The position numbers and the translations under genes are program-made. A stretch of 64,000 bases of DNA, from assembly GCF_006345805.1 (NCBI RefSeq), contig NC_043002.1:70866001-70930000 (forward strand), given 5' to 3'. The notes under the pieces are model-generated. The model saw nothing but the letters and a program-made list of their open reading frames with translations. It had not been told where the DNA came from and did no database searches. This DNA comes from Octopus sinensis (taxonomy: Eukaryota). Below, piece after piece: positions 27,717-40,863 of this stretch; position 1 is the first letter of the stretch; each line of letters starts with the position of its first letter.

Positions 27717-28561
27717 TCTCTTTTCCAAACGAGGTTTCACTTTCTACTTCAAATGTATATTTATGTATCTCTGCAATGCCTTAAATGTTCATAATAGAAA
27801 TATATAATACAAAAAGTTTAGTTTTGCATCGCTTCTTTGCAAAACCAGGTTTTATATTTATCATTTTCATATTTCGCATCAGACTCTCTCCTTCAAAATT
27901 TGATACGAGGCAACATGAATTGAATACATAAATTTAATAAAAAGAAAAGAGACGAATGCAATATGATTAAACTTATCTCAACGGAGAAAAAATACTTCGA
28001 AGCACCTACAATTTGTCATGCTATCGGGCAATCTGTATGCGAAACAACTGCACTAGCTACACTACCGCCCATACCACACACAGAGGAAATGTATCTAAAT
28101 ATATGTGCCCGTATAGCAATATAGTCATAGTTTAGGTGTTCTATCTAAATTATTTATAAAGGGATGCGCAGAGGTATTATATTATATATTCTTAAATTAA
28201 TTCCAAACGTAGCATGTTTTAAAGTAGAAGAATTCTCTGTATCTTAGTTTATACTTAATTCGTTTGAAATATTTTTCAAAATGATAGCTGCTGTCAAAAA
28301 TGGTGAAACTAGATACTCCCCAATGGAATTTATGTATATATGCTTATACATACATATACACATGCATACATACATACATACATACATACATACATACATA
28401 CATACATACATGCATACATACATACATACATACATACATACATACATACATACATACATACATACATACACATACGTGTGTGAGTATGTATGTGTGTGTG
28501 TTCGGTTTTTGTATTTGCGGTACAACATTGCTGATGTGAATTCGGGTGTCCAAACAAACTT

Positions 28562-29278
28562 TGTTGTGTCTTGGGAGAGACATTATATCAATGATAGTAC
28601 CACAGTCACAGGCTCAAGTCTATCCACTTCGTTATTGTTAATCAATTAGTTATATATCTAACCAATTGACTAACTGATCGTTTGTTTAATGAGCTGATTA
28701 TACAACCAATCGTTAAATACTTATAGATTCGAACACTTCCTATACAAGACCAAAGACATCAGCATGCACACACACACACGCACGCACATACACGCGCATA
28801 GAGTATCACAAAAACAGAACAACGCCCACATAGATGAACACAACACGCATACCCGCGTAAGCACACACGCACACACACACTAATATGTGCAGGCACGCGC
28901 ACGCACTCGCACATACACACATGGACAATTTCACGCGCAGACAAACATGCATGTACGCGCGCACAGGTACGCCGAAACACATACGCTCTAACTAGAACGC
29001 TCACACGCAAGAATGCACAGAGACAGAAGACCAATTCTCAGACAGACGTAGAACAAACGTTGGAGTGAGAGGCAAAGTCACTACGTCACTAAACAGGTCA
29101 CGACCAGCGACCAAATAAGTTCGACGAGCAATCAACCGAGTGATTGTTTAAACCAACACATTAAACACACGAACAATAAATTAGTTGGTTACATGTCTAA
29201 CCAAATGGCTAACAATAAAAAATTGGAAGTGAACGTGTGTTACTATCATTGGCATAATGACTCTCTCAAGGCACAATA
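28562..29278. repeat. Inverted pair of an old ~125 bp interspersed repeat around a CA-rich spacer (possible MITE/foldback)
   Basis: 28562-28691 and 29159-29278 are imperfect reverse complements; third copy near 40535-40660. Confidence 0.55.
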
Positions 29279-29309
29279 TATATTTATGCGTGTGAGTGCG
29301 GTCGCGCTC

Positions 29310-29394
<85 letters not shown>

Positions 29395-29440
29395 GTGTGT
29401 GTGTGTGTGTGGGCGTGTGTGGGTGTGTGTGTGTGTGTCT

Positions 29441-29826
29441 GTAGGAGTGGCTGTGTGGTAAGTAGTTTGCTTTCCAACCATATGGTTCCGGGTTCAGTCC
29501 CACTGCGTGGCACGTTGGTTGGCCAAGTGTTTTCTACTATAGCCTCGGGCCGTCCAAACCCTTGTGAGTGGATTTGGTAGAGGGAGACTGAAAGAAGCCC
29601 GTCGTATTTTTATGTATATATGTGTGCATGCGTGTATTTTTGTGTGCATGTGTTTGTCTCCACACCACCGCTTGTTGGTGTGTTTACGTCTCCGATATCT
29701 AGCGATTCGGCAAAAGTAAACCGATAGAATAAGTACTAGACTTACAAAGAATAAGTCATGAGGTCAATTCGTTTGACTAAAGGAGGTACTCCAGCATGAG
29801 CACAGCCAAATATCTGAAACAAAAGA
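29441..29826 (+). mobile_element. tRNA-derived SINE (family S1)
   Basis: GGAGTGGCTGTGTGGTAAGTAG..GGTTCAGTCCC head plus S1 body and tail. Confidence 0.85.
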
Positions 29827-29840
29827 GAATAATAGAATAC

Positions 29841-29888
<48 letters not shown>

Positions 29889-30028
29889 GTAAGGTACTCA
29901 GAAATCTGGATGGATTTATATTTACAGACTTTTATTAATATGTCACATGTTTTTATAAATCATATATTAGCGTTTGCTTCTACTCTAGTAGAATCTCCAC
30001 ACACATATATATGTATATATATATATAT

Positions 30029-30096
<68 letters not shown>

Positions 30097-31056
30097 GTGC
30101 ATGTATGATGATATCACTAGTTAAGGCATGTGGTTTTGTTCGGATATCTAAAATAAACACCAAGGTAATGATACTCTGTATCTTGGATAAATGCCGCCGT
30201 AAAAAGGTGAAAAGTTTACAGACAACGCACATGTGTAACCTATCTACTACTGCTTGAATAGATGCCATCTGATGCAAAATTCAGTTTCCTACATAGAAGA
30301 CTGCATGCAACAAATTGACACGTAATTACAAACATACACACAAACAGATGTACTCACTCACACGTTTTAATAATTAAAAAATATGGCATATAACTTATCA
30401 GAAGTATACTTTCACCTTCGTGTCGCATATTGTAAGTTTCGTTTAAGACTAATAATAGGCAGAGTACCAGTGCCATAGATCTAGTAGAAATTTCCAGACA
30501 TAAGACTTCAGAAACTTGGTCTTTACGAGAGTAGGTTGTGGTTAAGATATAAGAATGCAATATATCTTTTGAAGCAGATAACAAATGTGTATTGCACGCA
30601 TTTGTAAACATTTGTTTCCGTGATGAATTCAGCTGCGGCATTGGTTTACTGTCACAAATCAGTCATTCACAAAATTTTTGAGGACGAAAGTGTGAGCAGT
30701 AGGTTGTGTCCACGATTTTTTAAAATATATATTTTATCGGCAGAGATAATTACAATCGTAGTCAATATTCATTTCATTCGTTCTGTGTCGTTTCTGATCT
30801 AACAGACTTGCACAATCAAAAGCATTCCAGGCATCAAACCACAGCATTTGGAAGCATAAACCATCGATGCCAATACTTCAGGATGTGTTCCTCATTTATT
30901 CCTGCGTTAGCGTATGATTCGTGGGAAATTAGATAAACATACATACATACGCACAGAGACTGACAAGCAGATAGAAAGACAGACAGATACATAGATAGAT
31001 ATACATATGCAGAATTTCATGTAATATCATGAATTCTATGTATGTACGTACGTGTG

Positions 31057-31127
<71 letters not shown>

Positions 31128-31250
31128 GTATATATATGCATATAAACTAATACATCTGTTGTTGTTTACACGCCCGTCTTCTTTTGTTTTGTAAATTTCA
31201 ACTATATATGTATGCATTTTATATATATAGGCATATGTATGCGTGTGCGA

Positions 31251-31300
<50 letters not shown>

Positions 31301-32769
31301 CCCTTTCGTGACTCATGCATCTCTGCCGTTTATTTCCAATTCTAAGGTGAGAAAGAAAATAGTTCACATGAAGAATGTCTGATTAATGGATGAAAGATCA
31401 GTTAAAAATATGACTTTGATGGATCACCCGTTAAAATAGGTTTGTGACCTCCTTACTAGTTTCTTGGTTTATTTCTTTTGATTTCATTTTTGAGCAGATT
31501 GCGTTGTGTCACAAAGTGTGAGGTATTTTTCAGTGCGCTATGCTGTAACACGTTGATGCTGTCTAGTGTCTGAATTATCTGTTTTAGATATTGCCCAGAA
31601 AGAAGAACTACTGACGGCACGATATAGATGTAATACTATCCGATCGATTTTTGCTGAATTTTTATTATAAAGGCAGATTCATCCAATACAAAGAGTATTT
31701 CAAATACAGATTTCATACTTTGGAAATGATCGACAACTAAAACATAAATGAAAGAGAAAGCTAGCTAATTACACTAGGGAATGTACGTTAGGTTGAGTTA
31801 GATATGACATTTGATTTTAACTAAATATAAATGTGTGTTCAGAGCGAAATTTGTACAAAAAAACAACGAACTTGACAGAAGAGAATCTGAGTGCAGTTTT
31901 GAAATCAGCCTACTAGTGCTAGTTTAAATGAAGTGAAGACTCGAACTCAATGGAAATTATCTTCAAAACTGTTCCCCAGTGCTATCAAGAGTAGGCAGGT
32001 GGATTTTCCAAATTTTCTGAGAACTGCTTGTATTTGAAAGGATGATATACTTTGTATCTGCTTTCAGTTCAGCTGTTTTCAGGTATATTACTTTGCTTAT
32101 GTCGTTACAAGACGTTCATTTTAATGTTTAACTCTAGTCCTGAATGTAGTGGCACATACAAAATATATATATACATACCTAACAAACACACACGTACATA
32201 TACATACACATACGTACACACATATATAGTATTTGTGAATGAGTACGGACGTGTGGTGTGTGTCTAATTTCTTGTTTACATAATATCAAATATGATGTTT
32301 TGTTACTTGAAACATATCGATATAGTTCAGATAAATTTACTATCATACTTGCGTTTATATATTTATATATATCCCTACAATTAAATTTATGTATTAAATG
32401 CCTCTCATCGCAAATATTGTGATGAATGCTGATACACAGTACGAAAATAATAAACGCAAATCTGTACTCGAATTAAAATTAATTCAAACTGTAGTGCTTT
32501 TATCATATTCGTATAATAAATATTTATCATAGGAATATAGTATAAGCAAATATTTAATAGATTATAGGATATATCCGCAAATATTTCTCTCCGAGAAAAT
32601 AAAATTTTGCATAATAAAAACAGCCTTCTGGTTCAGATAATGTCTTCCCTGATGCAAGGGCGAAGCAACTCATATGTGAGGTCATCTGAACTGTTCGTAA
32701 TATATATATGTATATATATACATAAAGAAAGAGAGAGATACTTACAAACACACACACACATACACACAC

Positions 32770-32821
<52 letters not shown>

Positions 32822-32870
32822 GTGTGTTTATGCATGTGTGTATGTATGAAATATTTTCTACTTTAGCCGT

Positions 32871-33107
32871 GTGAGTGGATTTGGTAGACGGAAACTGAAA
32901 GGAGCCTGTAGTATATATGTATAAATATATGCATATATATATATATATATATACGACAGGCTTCTTTCAGTTTCCGTCTACCAAATCCACTCACAAGGCT
33001 TTGGGCGGCTCGAGGCTATAGTAGAGGACACTTGCCCAGGTGCCATGCAGTGGGATTGAACCCGGAACCATGTGGTCGACAAGGAAGCTACTTACCACGC
33101 AGCTACT

Positions 33108-33108
<1 letters not shown>
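32871..33108. mobile_element. S1 SINE (minus, 32951-33108) facing an inverted S1 fragment (32871-32914)
   Basis: 44-bp arms with 2 differences separated by a 36-nt TA-rich spacer. Confidence 0.8.
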
Positions 33109-33185
<77 letters not shown>

Positions 33186-33783
33186 GTATGCACATATATG
33201 TACATATAAATATATATGCATACATGTGTTTGAGTGTGCGTGGCCGTCTGTGTGAGCGGGTGTAAGTTTGTATTCGTGTGCTTCATTGAATTCGGGAAAT
33301 TTTGATGAATTGTATTCTAGAAGTAATCTTTCAATGAATAATCTATATTTTCATGTCCTTTGTGCAATTCTCCACCTGCTTTATCTTCAGAATAAATATG
33401 CTGATACCCGCTTACTATATCGTTATTTTATGCAATAAGTTTCCCCAAACCGAAGTAGAGATTACTTTTACACACAAGAAAATAGCTTTATAGAACAACT
33501 ATAATTTCGGGAGGTGATTCGTCAAAATATTATGCAAATTAACAAAGATACATGCTCACCTATTCATTTTTCACTCATTCTATGCGCACATAAACATATA
33601 TCTATAATTGTATGTATATGTACACATATAATATGTTGATATAAACCTGATATGCATATAATGTATATATATAAATAAATATAACTAACAAATATAAGAT
33701 GAAGCCTCTTTCTCTACAGAAAAGAATTCCATCAGGAAGCGTGGCAGTATATTAAAAAAAACCTTTACGGTTGAAATATGAAC

Positions 33784-33875
33784 ATCTTATAAGAAAGGGC
33801 TAAAGAAGATATTCCTAAAGCCAATATCAGTATATTGGCTTTAGAAATATCTTCTTTAGCCCTTTCTTATAAGAT
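33784..33875. repeat. Near-perfect 44-bp-arm palindrome (hairpin)
   Basis: Arms 33784-33827 and 33832-33875, loop CAGT, single mismatch. Confidence 0.95.
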
Positions 33876-33904
33876 ATAAATAAATATATATATATAAATA
33901 TGTA

Positions 33905-34073
<169 letters not shown>

Positions 34074-34718
34074 GTAAATTTCTGTGTTGAAGTTGCTTCC
34101 TGCATTCTCGAGAATTGTTCGACTTGTTAACTTTCACTGCTTGGACAAACTAACGCTAATTCCAATAAATGACCTTCTGAGAAAAAAACACACTTAAAAC
34201 ACCACTCATGGTTCTAACACAGCAACATTTTCCATTTTAATGTCGGAAACATGTCTCTCATTGATCGAAACTCAGCAAGCATTCGAATTATAACAGATTA
34301 TGCTGGCAATCCATAACGGCATGTAAAAAGCACCCTTTAAAATGTTATCTATATCACCGCAGAATCTCTTTATGTTATCCCCAGTTGCAAAATGTCACGA
34401 AAGTTTGAAATCACATTTTAAACGTATAAACAAAAGTTAGAGACCTTTAGCTTTTCATGATTAGTATTATATAAAATGCAATCGTATACAAACCAATCTA
34501 AGTGCTAACAGTTTTTACAATCCACCCCAAAATATAAACAAAATGAGCGAATTCCGAATGAGTGACACATGACTACGGAACCTGAGTTATACAAATACTT
34601 TCAATCGCACCTATGAGTACGGCCATAATACGGAACAAAAACAGAATTGTAGATTGATCAAATTATATTTCATGACATGCACATACGCACACCAACATCA
34701 CACATACACACACGCGCA

Positions 34719-34750
<32 letters not shown>

Positions 34751-34914
34751 CACGCACACACACTCACACACACAACGACCCACAGGCACTCACTCGCACT
34801 CACACTCATATAGATATATACTCGTACACACATATATACAGACGTATGTATATCTATATCTATCTATCTATGTGTGTATATAAATACATATACATACATA
34901 TATATATATGTTTT

Positions 34915-35100
34915 TTTTTGTTTTTTTCCTCTGTCTTCCCTTCTCGGGATCTTTCTTTCTCTTATGTTTCCGAGGAAGAGCTCCGCTCGAAACGTTAAAC
35001 CCTCCTTCTTCCCTTCTTTCCTTAGCATCCAATAATACTTTATTTGTTCCACGTCCTTGCGCTGTTGTATTTTTTTTGTTTTCCTGTTTGGATTAACTTT
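34915..35100 (+). mobile_element. ~190 bp hammerhead-bearing interspersed repeat, copy 2
   Basis: Homolog of 2725-2935; followed by (TA)n and then (AGAT)n. Confidence 0.65.
34966..35000 (+). ncRNA. Minimal variant type I hammerhead motif (U4C)
   Basis: GTTT CCGAGGA AGAGCTCCGCTC GAAAC GTT AAAC. Confidence 0.55.
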
Positions 35101-35124
35101 ATATATATATATATATATATATAG

Positions 35125-35180
35125 ACAGATAGATAGATAGATAAATTGATAAAATGGTAGATAAATAGATGGATAGATAT

Positions 35181-35230
<50 letters not shown>

Positions 35231-35231
35231 C

Positions 35232-35309
<78 letters not shown>

Positions 35310-35310
35310 G

Positions 35311-35378
<68 letters not shown>

Positions 35379-35383
35379 GAGAG

Positions 35384-35432
<49 letters not shown>
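35125..35432. repeat. (AGAT)n microsatellite
   Basis: Directly visible, about 300 bp. Confidence 0.95.
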
Positions 35433-35720
35433 TACATATATACCTACCATGATAACCTGGCGCGAAATTGAAGAACTATTAATATATTTATCAAGTCAAT
35501 GCAGCGTACATGACTTAAATATTTTACATAACTCATTAATAAACTAAAAAATGAAACAAAAGGCATGATTCATATATACACAATACGTTGATATAATGCT
35601 TTCCGAAATAACAGATTGTAATTTTTCGTGTTTGTGTCATATTAACAAATTACATTTTAAACACGAATAGAAACATTGCTATGGAAACATAAAAGTACAA
35701 TACACAAATTTGCACTTTTA

Positions 35721-36643
35721 TTTCGAAAAATTAAAAGGCGTCTTATATACGAGGGATGTTGAAACGTTCTTAGCTTTAAGGACATCACGAAAGGCTTGGT
35801 TGAAAGCCCAACCAACAGATTTCTTAGGGAAAATGATGAAGGACTGCTGCAATTTCGAAAAATTAAAAGGCGTCTTATATACGAGGGATGTTGAAACGTT
35901 CTTAGCTTTAAGGACATCACGAAAGGCTTGGTTGAAAGCCCAACCAACAGATTTCTTAGGGAAAATGATGAAGGACTGCTGCAATTTCGAAAAATTAAAA
36001 GGCGTCTTATATACGAGGGATGTTGAAACGTTCTTAGCTTTAAGGACATCACGAAAGGCTTGGTTGAAAGCCCAACCAACAGATTTCTTAGGGAAAATGA
36101 TGAAGGACTGCTGCAATTTCGAAAAATTAAAAGGCGTCTTATATACGAGGGATGTTGAAACGTTCTTAGCTTTAAGGACATCACGAAAAGCTTTGTTGAA
36201 AGCCCAACCAACAGATTTCTTAGGGAAAATGATGAAGGACTGCTGCAATTTCGAAAAATTAAAAGGCGTCTATATACGAGGGATGTTGAAACGTTCTTAG
36301 CTTTAAGGACATCACGATAGGCTTGGTTGAAAGCCCAACCAACAGATTTCTTAGGGAAAATGATGAAGGACTGCTGCAATTTCGAAAAATTAAAAGGCGT
36401 CTTATATACGAGGGATGTTGAAACGTTCTTAGCTTTAAGGACATCACGAAAAGCTTGGTTGAAAGCCCAACCAACAGATTTCTTAGGGAAAATGATGAAG
36501 GACTGCTGCAATTTCGAAAAATTAAAAGGCGTCTTATATACGAGGGATGTTGAAACGTTCTTAGCTTTAAGGACATCACGAAAGGCTTGGTTGAAAGCCC
36601 AACCAACAGATTTCTTAGGAAAAATGATGAAGGACTGCTGCAA
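35721..36643 (+). repeat. Tandem array, 7 x 132 bp (one unit 131 bp)
   Basis: Unit starts at 35721, 35853, 35985, 36117, 36249, 36380 and 36512; near-identical units; unit 5 has a 1-bp deletion. Confidence 0.95.
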
Positions 36644-36744
36644 TAATTGTGTGAATCTGTGAGGGGAATATGTTGCATAAAATCATAATTAACTGAACCT
36701 CCTAGAGGTTCTTTCACCAAAGCCAGGAACTTTTCAGGACCCGC
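36541..36744 (+). mobile_element. Mariner-derived MITE (~200 bp) with transposase C-terminal remnant
   Basis: TA|CGAGGGATGTTGAAACGTTCTTAGCTTT ... AAAGCCAGGAACTTTTCAGGACCCGC|TA form imperfect TIRs; the interior reads KAWLKAQPTDF..NCVNL*GEYVA*, like the mariner W..QP..FY..KCV...G.YVE end. Confidence 0.7.
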
Positions 36745-37707
36745 TAGGATGATTAGAAATTAATAATTAATTTTGCAAAGACATGGTATCAAATATTCTT
36801 GTTTACTTTCGTTTTATCTTTGTTTCGGGTTTTTATTCGTCAGCATAATCGTTATCCTTACATTTACATTTCATTTTTTGACTCATACAAATGCACTTGC
36901 GTGCGTGCACACACAGGCACACACGCGCACACATATATATGTGCATATGCATGCCTGCCTGTATGTATCTATGGATGTCTATTTATCTATCTATCTATAT
37001 AATTAAGATTCAATAGAATTAGGCATATAAGTTGATGCACCAAGTCAGCCCGGTATTATCCGCACAGCTTGAAATAAGGTGAATGAAAAACAGACAAGTA
37101 ACAAGGATGTTAAGGTATTAGTGCACTACGTCCGTTTCAGGTGGCTCTGCTTAATCGTACAATGCAAGTATTACATAATTTGTAATACACCAACTTCCTC
37201 GGAAGCATAAGACAAAATAGGTTTTCAAAATAATGGATACTCCATTATAATTCTTTATCGAATGTTTCATCATAACTAGAGAATAAAGGTATTACATGGT
37301 AGCTGCTATTACTGTAGCAGAATAAACTTAGGGAGAATATACCACAACTATATTTTGGAGTTGTAAAAGAGAATAACAATGAGGGGAGGGGTCGAGATAT
37401 GGTAATATAGTGTTGTGTGGACGCCCCCTGTCGATGAAGTAGGCTAGCCCAATACGTAGATATAGAGGGAGAAGTCTAGACGTCGGGAGTTGAGTAGAGG
37501 TCATCTGAACGTGCGATATAACAGTGGTGGCGAGGTTTTGTGTTTATGTTTTCCTTTCTACGTATTGTGTTCGACGTTTTTTTTTTTGGTGTCCTGTATC
37601 CATATATGCATGTATATATACATGTAGAGGTAGGTACGTACATATATGTATGTATATATGCATATGTTTTATTTATTTATTAATTTATTATATATATATA
37701 TATATAC

Positions 37708-37839
<132 letters not shown>

Positions 37840-38269
37840 GTATATGTATGTACCTATGGAAATAATAATAATAATAATAATATAGGTACACACACACACA
37901 CATATAACTTAATGCAGATGATAATATTACAAGTATTAAAGATTACAAATATTTCGATAGCTTGTGGTAGACTCGACAATTTATACATTGCAATGTGCAT
38001 CTAAATATGTGTAAATGCATACAGTAATTAATTAGTTGATTAATTAATTATTCACCTAATCAAGCATTGTATAGATTTACACGTTTATATGTACAAGCCA
38101 ATGAAAAAGTTGATCAAATGCCTCCACTAGTAAACGGAACGTAAGTTTTAATGATGTTATGTAATATCGCCATATTCACTTCTTCATTCGTTTGATATTA
38201 CACTTTTAGCGAATGATGGATATCATTCGGAATTGGTATTCACTTACATTTCCTTACTCACTACAAACA

Positions 38270-38658
38270 TACATAGATGGTGGTTGTCTATTCCTGATGC
38301 AGACTCTGAGTGTCTCTTGTACTTGCACCTATGATCCTTCATAGCGTCTGATGTGGATTTTGAAACCAGAGGATGTGTTGAAAAGGCACTCACATGGATT
38401 GCGTTTCTCATTTAGACCATCAAGAGCTACAGTTAAGTTCTGATCTTTATGGATTTTAAAATGACTTTAGAAGCTTTGCAAATTTTATGGCATACACAGC
38501 ATTGATAAGTGTGCATAGATATATAGGTTGTTGGTGGAGGTTGGTTTATCATGGGTCCGAAGATGAGATTTGAGCCCAGCAAAAGGTAGGCATGATCTGT
38601 TACAAGCTGTGCACGAAAAATGGTCGGTGAGATTCAGCTTCACGTTGATTGCAACAGA
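38270..38658 (-). mobile_element. Probable RTE-type LINE 3' fragment with C2H2 zinc fingers
   Basis: FSCTACNRSCLPFAGLKSHLRTH (Cx2Cx12Hx3H, 38551-38619), followed by two degenerate finger-like segments (YQCCVC..SHFKIH; PCEC.F.TSSGFKIHIR) with stops. Confidence 0.55.
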
Positions 38659-38844
38659 CATACATAAATACATACATAAATACATACATACATACACACA
38701 CACATACATACATTCATAAATACATACATACGTACATACATACATACATACATACATACATACATACATACATACATACATACATACATACATACATACA
38801 TGTAATCAGACGCCACTGTGGATCTAAGTGCTATATTATTATTA

Positions 38845-38886
<42 letters not shown>

Positions 38887-38888
38887 GT

Positions 38889-38972
38889 ATTCAGGTCACT
38901 GCCTGTAATCGACTCAGAATCATGGGGTTAGTAGCCCGCGTTCTTAACCACTACACCATATGCCCGTGGGCA
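38889..38972 (-). mobile_element. Short tRNA-like SINE with (TAA)n tail
   Basis: TGGTGTAGTGGTTAAG A-box, degenerate B-box GAGTCGATTAC, ending GACCTGAAT followed by (AAT)n. Confidence 0.7.
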
Positions 38973-39157
38973 TATAACTTTTAGGATTACCTGTTGTTAG
39001 ATAGCATTTCTGCCCTGTTAATATATGAACAACACTCCAAAAATAAGTGACATATAACGTATATGGATTGAACAGCCTCTTTTCCATGTAACACCCTTGA
39101 TTTCTTCATTCATTTTTACATAACATTACTGTAACTCGTATCTATAATCTTCTCTAC

Positions 39158-39775
39158 TCTAGGCACAAGGCCTGAAATTTGGGGAGAGGAGGCCAGTCGA
39201 TTCTATCGACCTCAGTACGCAGCTCGTACATGACCCCGAAGGAATTAAAGGCAAAGTCGACCTCGGCGGAATTTGAACTCAGAACATGAAGACAGACGAA
39301 ATACCTATTTCTTTACTACCCACAATGGGCTAAACACAGAGGGGACAAACAAGGACAGACAAACGGATTGAGTCGATTACATCGACCTCAGTGAGTAAAT
39401 GGTACTTAATTTATCGACCCCTAAAGGATGAAAAGCAAAGTCGACCTCGGCGGAATTTGAACTTAGAACTTAACGGCAGACGAAATACGGCTACGCATTT
39501 CGCCCGGCGTGCTAACGTTTCTTCCAACTCGCCGCCTTTTCAAAGTGACCTTCATGAATAATAATCCTTTTTACTAAAGGTACAAGGCCTGGAATGAGGA
39601 AGGGACTAGTCGATTACATCGACCCCAGTGTTTCACTGGTCCTTAATTTATCGACCACCAAATAATGAAAGGCGAAGTCGACCTCAGCTGAATTTGAACT
39701 GAGAACGTAGCGACAGGCGAAATACTGCTAATCATTTCGACTAGCATGCAAACGTTTCTGCCATCTCTCTGCTTT
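39158..39775 (-). mobile_element. S2 SINE dimer (39158-39538) plus a third S2 copy
   Basis: Same dimer junction as 14095-14487. Confidence 0.8.
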
Positions 39776-39959
39776 TACTCGTATCTATAATAAACGTATT
39801 TAGAAAATATTTGCACCTAATGTGTGCGAACCGGTAATCATTGATGGCTAAATTGTCCTCTTATATTTGCATTGTGACTTCTCAAATATTTTGAATGTCC
39901 ATTGAATAGCATTAAATGATAAATATGATATTTTTTGTGCCATTATGTAAATCAGTTGA

Positions 39960-40345
39960 ATGGCGGCGAGTTGGCAGATTCGTGAGCACGCTGGACGAAA
40001 CGTTTATCGGTATTTCACCCGTTGCTACGTTCTGAGTTCGAATTCCGTCAAGCACGACTTGGTCTTTTATCCTTTCGGGCTCGATAAATTAAGTATCAGT
40101 AAAACACTGATGTCGCTGTGATCGACGCATCCCCTCTCAAAATGGTTGCCGTTGTGGCAAAATTTGAAACCATTATGTAAATCACTTGCTCTAAAGTGGC
40201 GGGATCGATAGCACGCTGAACGACATGCATATCGGTATTTCGCCCGACGCTGTTCTGAGTTCAAATTCTGTCGAGGTCGACGTTACCTTTCATCCTTTCG
40301 GAGTCGATAAATTAAGTACAGTGAAACACTGGGGTCGATGTTATG
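39960..40345 (+). mobile_element. Two tandem S2 SINE copies
   Basis: GGCGGCGAGTTGGCAGA head, GAGTTCGAATTCC B-box-like motif, S2 core present twice. Confidence 0.75.
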
Positions 40346-40863
40346 TATCTTTGTATGTATAGATACGTGCATCCATAAATACATAAATACGCACACACAT
40401 ACATGCAAGAAGGTCTCAGAGAGACAAATGCTGCCTTAGTAACGGTCTAAGAGAGAATGTTGCAAATAGGAACGAAAGAGCTTGACAAGCAAAAGCAAAA
40501 CAAACGACTTACTGTTTAACCAAGTTAAACAATCGACCAGTTGGCTGGATATTTAACCAATTGACTAATAATAAAAGAGTGGAATTGAACCAGTACATGT
40601 GTCACTAGTATTGGTACAATGACTCTCCCAAGACACAACACATTTTGTTTCAACACGCAAAATTCCCATAACGAATCTTGGAAACCTGATATGAAAGTGA
40701 AAACGAAAATATTTTTTTTTTATAGGAAGATATGATATGCATATATGTCATGAGCAAATGTGAAGAAATACTAAGTCAGTCATGATAAAAAGTAGTTACT
40801 AACCTTTGATAGAAAAAATTAAAAGTAATTGAAAATGTTAGAAATTTTTAATTTGTGTTTTTA

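Noticed and set aside
35721-36643. Possible CRISPR-like array
   Set aside because: Whole units are near-identical with no unique spacers, no cas genes are present, and the context is eukaryotic.
35657-36720. Long repetitive ORFs (up to 328 aa) on both strands
   Set aside because: They follow from a 132-bp stop-poor tandem unit; unit 5 has a frameshift and the unit includes a TIR and non-coding flank.
38889-38972. Functional tRNA gene (anticodon ACT)
   Set aside because: The anticodon stem is broken, the T-loop is degenerate, there is no proper acceptor stem, and it has a microsatellite tail, so it is a SINE.
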